A stretch of DNA of 64,000 nt. It comes from Callorhinchus milii (taxonomy: Eukaryota). The DNA lies in NCBI RefSeq assembly GCF_018977255.1, contig NW_024704742.1, positions 36,272,001-36,336,000 of the forward strand. Reading direction: 5' to 3'. The notes beneath the pieces were generated by a model that had not been told where the DNA came from, ran no database searches, and saw only the letters and a list, made by a program, of their open reading frames with translations. Within the stretch, counting starts at the first letter, position 1. Each line of letters starts with the position of its first letter. The position numbers were made by a program, and so were the translations under genes. Positions 61,011-64,000 of the stretch are shown one piece after another.

Positions 61011-62559
61011 TGATTTTATGTGATTATCTCATGCTTACATTCAAATGGCAGTTATAAATTATTTGAGCTTCAATCACAGTTGTTTGTGTGAATGCTGCGA
61101 TGTACAGTAGTAACTCCCGAGTGACTATGTTAAGTAACTAATCTTAAAAAAGATCTTTTGGAAATTGCATCTGCAGCATAATTGGGTTCAATTGGAGAAT
61201 AGGCAAGGAAAAAAAGTCAAAGTTCAGGGCATTGGTAAAAAGGAAAGTTTTAGTGAGATAAAATGGGACCAAAGCTAGATTAATTAAACAGAAAACCTGG
61301 CGAATAAAACTGCAGAACAGCAGTGGGAAATATTTAAATATGAGGTGGATAGGATGCAGGTTAAATACATTTCTGCAAGTAGGAGAAGGGTGTATGCAAA
61401 GCTAGGATGACTGGAGAAAATGAAATTTTAAAAAGTTATTATTGCATTTTATTATACTCAATTATTTAGTTGGAGGCATATGGTGAATAGAATTCTGATA
61501 GTATAAAAAATCAAAATAAGGAGATTTAGGATTGCTAAGAGAGAATATGAAAAACGATTGGTAAAAGTAATTCTGAAGACAAAACATATCAAATATAAAC
61601 GTATCAAATGTAAAAAGATAGTCAGAAAGCCACGGGGCCACTTGGGAGTGTAGGTGACAAATATAGTGTCTTATCAGTGGCAGAGCACGACTCCGAGTCT
61701 GGGGGAGGGGGAGGTGTCTAGACATCGAGACACTCTTCCTCTATCCCTCAACCGTGCCCCTTCCTTCCCCATCTTCAGGTCGCACCTGAAGACCTTCCTA
61801 TTCATCTTCAATGCACTTCGCAAAGGTTTACTGGAAGTGTAGTGACTGTGTAGCTTGTAGTCAATAACAACAACAAAAATTACATTTGTATAATGCGTTT
61901 CACGTCGGAAGGACGTCCCAAGGTGCTGGTCGAGTGTGATAGCCAGTTTGTACACAGCAAAATCCCAGAAACAGCTCTGAAGTGAAGGACCAATTTCATT
62001 TGGTGGATTGTTGGCAGGACACAGAGAGAAACTCTCCTCTCTCTTCAATAGTGTCACAGGATCTATAACATCCAGCTGAACAAGCAGATGAGATGTCTGT
62101 TTAATATCTCATCCAAAACACTGCACCTTTGACAATGCATTGTACTGAAGTGACGATTCAATGACACTCAACATCATAATGATGTGAACAATACTATATC
62201 AAATGTAAAGATTATTAATAATTATTATTGTTATACTGGATCTGTCACTTTCATCCCCAAGTGGTCCTATGGCTTTTTTGACTATCTTTTTACTTTTAAT
62301 ATGCTTATATAAACCTTTACAATTACCTCTACCAATTGTTTTCATCCACTCTCTTACCCATCCTCAATCTCCATGTTTGCTGTTTGTTTTACTTTTCTTG
62401 AGCCCATTGACTGTCTGACTCAGTGGTGAGAGTGCTACCAACTAAGCCAAGCTGACACCTAGTGCGCGTAGTTAAAAGTGATAAATTTTCCTTAAACATG
62501 ATTGCCTTCGTTTTTACAAAGTGCATAGAACCATAGAAATATACAGCAAAAAAGACCAT

Positions 62560-62755
62560 TAATTCCTTCAAAAAAAAATAATAAATTGGTCACTTAGTCC
62601 ATGACTGTTTATGGGGCACTGCTGTGTGCAGCTGACTGCCACGTTTCGCCCACAAAATATAGTCAATTCACTTTACAGTATATTCTGTGAAGCCCTTTGA
62701 GATGTCTCGAAGACATGATAGGCGCTATATTAAATGCAATGACTATTATTATTAT
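62560..62755 (+). mobile_element. Partial SINE
   Basis: Core plus tail of the same family. Confidence 0.8.
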
Positions 62756-62759
62756 TTGA

Positions 62760-63600
62760 CTCATCAGAAGGATTGTTGTAATACCAGAAGAGGATATTGA
62801 GCAACTGCAATGAATACTTATTCAAAGTGAAACTGAAAAATATAATAGAAATGAAAGTTGAAACGTTACCAGGATTGATGGTATGTATCCCAGATTAGAG
62901 GAAAGTCATAGAAGATATAATGAAGTACCCAACTCTAATTATCCAAATCTTGGATCAGAGGAATGAAGGTTGCTAATTAATGTCCTGCACAAGAAGAGGA
63001 AGAGGGAAAGGCAAAGGAGTTAAAATAATTGAAGGAATTATAGACCGGTTAGCATCAGTTGTGTGTAGAGTCCACGATTAAAGCTCAAATGAAGAAACAT
63101 TTAGAAATTCATGGCCTAATTCAGGAAAGCTAGCATCAGTTTGGAAAAGGCAGGTTGTGCTTGAATAATTCTACTGAATATTTTGAGGAAACCGCAATGT
63201 TTTGACAGAGTGAATATATTCGATGTTGTGAATAACGATTTCTGAAAGGCATTTAATGAGGTGGTGCAGGAAGCTTATTGGAAAAAAATTTAAAGCACAT
63301 GGTATTAAGTGGGATGTGGTAGCCTGGCGGAGGGAGGACATGAACAGTTAGCAGAGTAGGAGAAAAGGGATGTTTTTCAGACCGGTGGTTTGTGTTCGGA
63401 TCTCTCATCTCAATACACGTATATATAATCCTTGAATTTGATATAGTAGCATTGAATTCAAGAGAAAAGAGGTAATCTTAAATGTGTGGAAGATATTGAC
63501 TAGGTTTTACTATTTGGATTATTGCGTACAGTTGTGGAATCAATTTGGAGAGACTTAAAATAATGCTGGTAACTGTTGAGAAGACTCAACACTGCCTTGA
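62760..63600 (+). mobile_element. Degenerate CR1 ORF2 fragment (another piece near 61130-61640)
   Basis: NYRPV, GRLCLNN..E.FEE and DFLKAF-like motifs. Confidence 0.7.
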
Positions 63601-64000
63601 AGGGTGCGACGTAAAATGTATGTGTTTTTGTTGGCGATTGCAGCAACAACAGGAATATCCACAAACAGCGATGAAATGAATGACAAATATTGTGTGTACA
63701 TGTTACTGAGAGGGGATCTGTGAAATGAATATTTTTAAATGGCTACCTTGAGAGAACCTGATAGAGTAATCATATTCACAACTTGCAGAGGAAGAATGTG
63801 AAGGATAAGGTAAGAACACAAGAAATTGTCAGTAACCGTGTAGAGAAAGATAGCAGTAAACTCAGGACAATTGTTATCTAAGTAGCCGCGTGGACAGGAA
63901 AAGAAAGTAATGTAGTAAGGTTGTAATTAATACTATGGTGAAATTATAATAATCCTTGTATTTGATACAGCACACCATTGAGACATCTCAAAGTGCTTCA

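Overview
Vertebrate genomic DNA. The repeat content (tRNA-headed Deu-type SINEs, L2 and CR1 LINE fragments, palindromic Penelope-associated-type elements) suggests a cartilaginous fish, possibly a chimaera; this is inference. The window contains (1) a complete, intact 10-coding-exon TMEM175 gene (lysosomal K+/H+ channel) on the + strand, 19698-45551, 1521-nt CDS, 506 aa, all introns GT-AG; (2) the probable first coding exon of a CDP-diacylglycerol synthase gene (CDS1/CDS2 family) at 58726-58782; and (3) the most unexpected feature, a decayed unprocessed axonemal dynein heavy chain gene on the - strand. About 20 of its exon remnants read colinearly from ~46450 (N-terminus, antisense just downstream of the TMEM175 stop) down to ~400 (DHC_N2/linker region) and run off the left edge. 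These remnants are interleaved with TMEM175 exons through most TMEM175 introns, and the TMEM175 promoter sits inside a former dynein intron. Both CpG-island first exons are flanked by large G-rich tandem arrays. The dynein assignment comes from manual translation compared with DNAH5-type sequence recalled from memory, not from a run alignment. Repeat boundaries are approximate.
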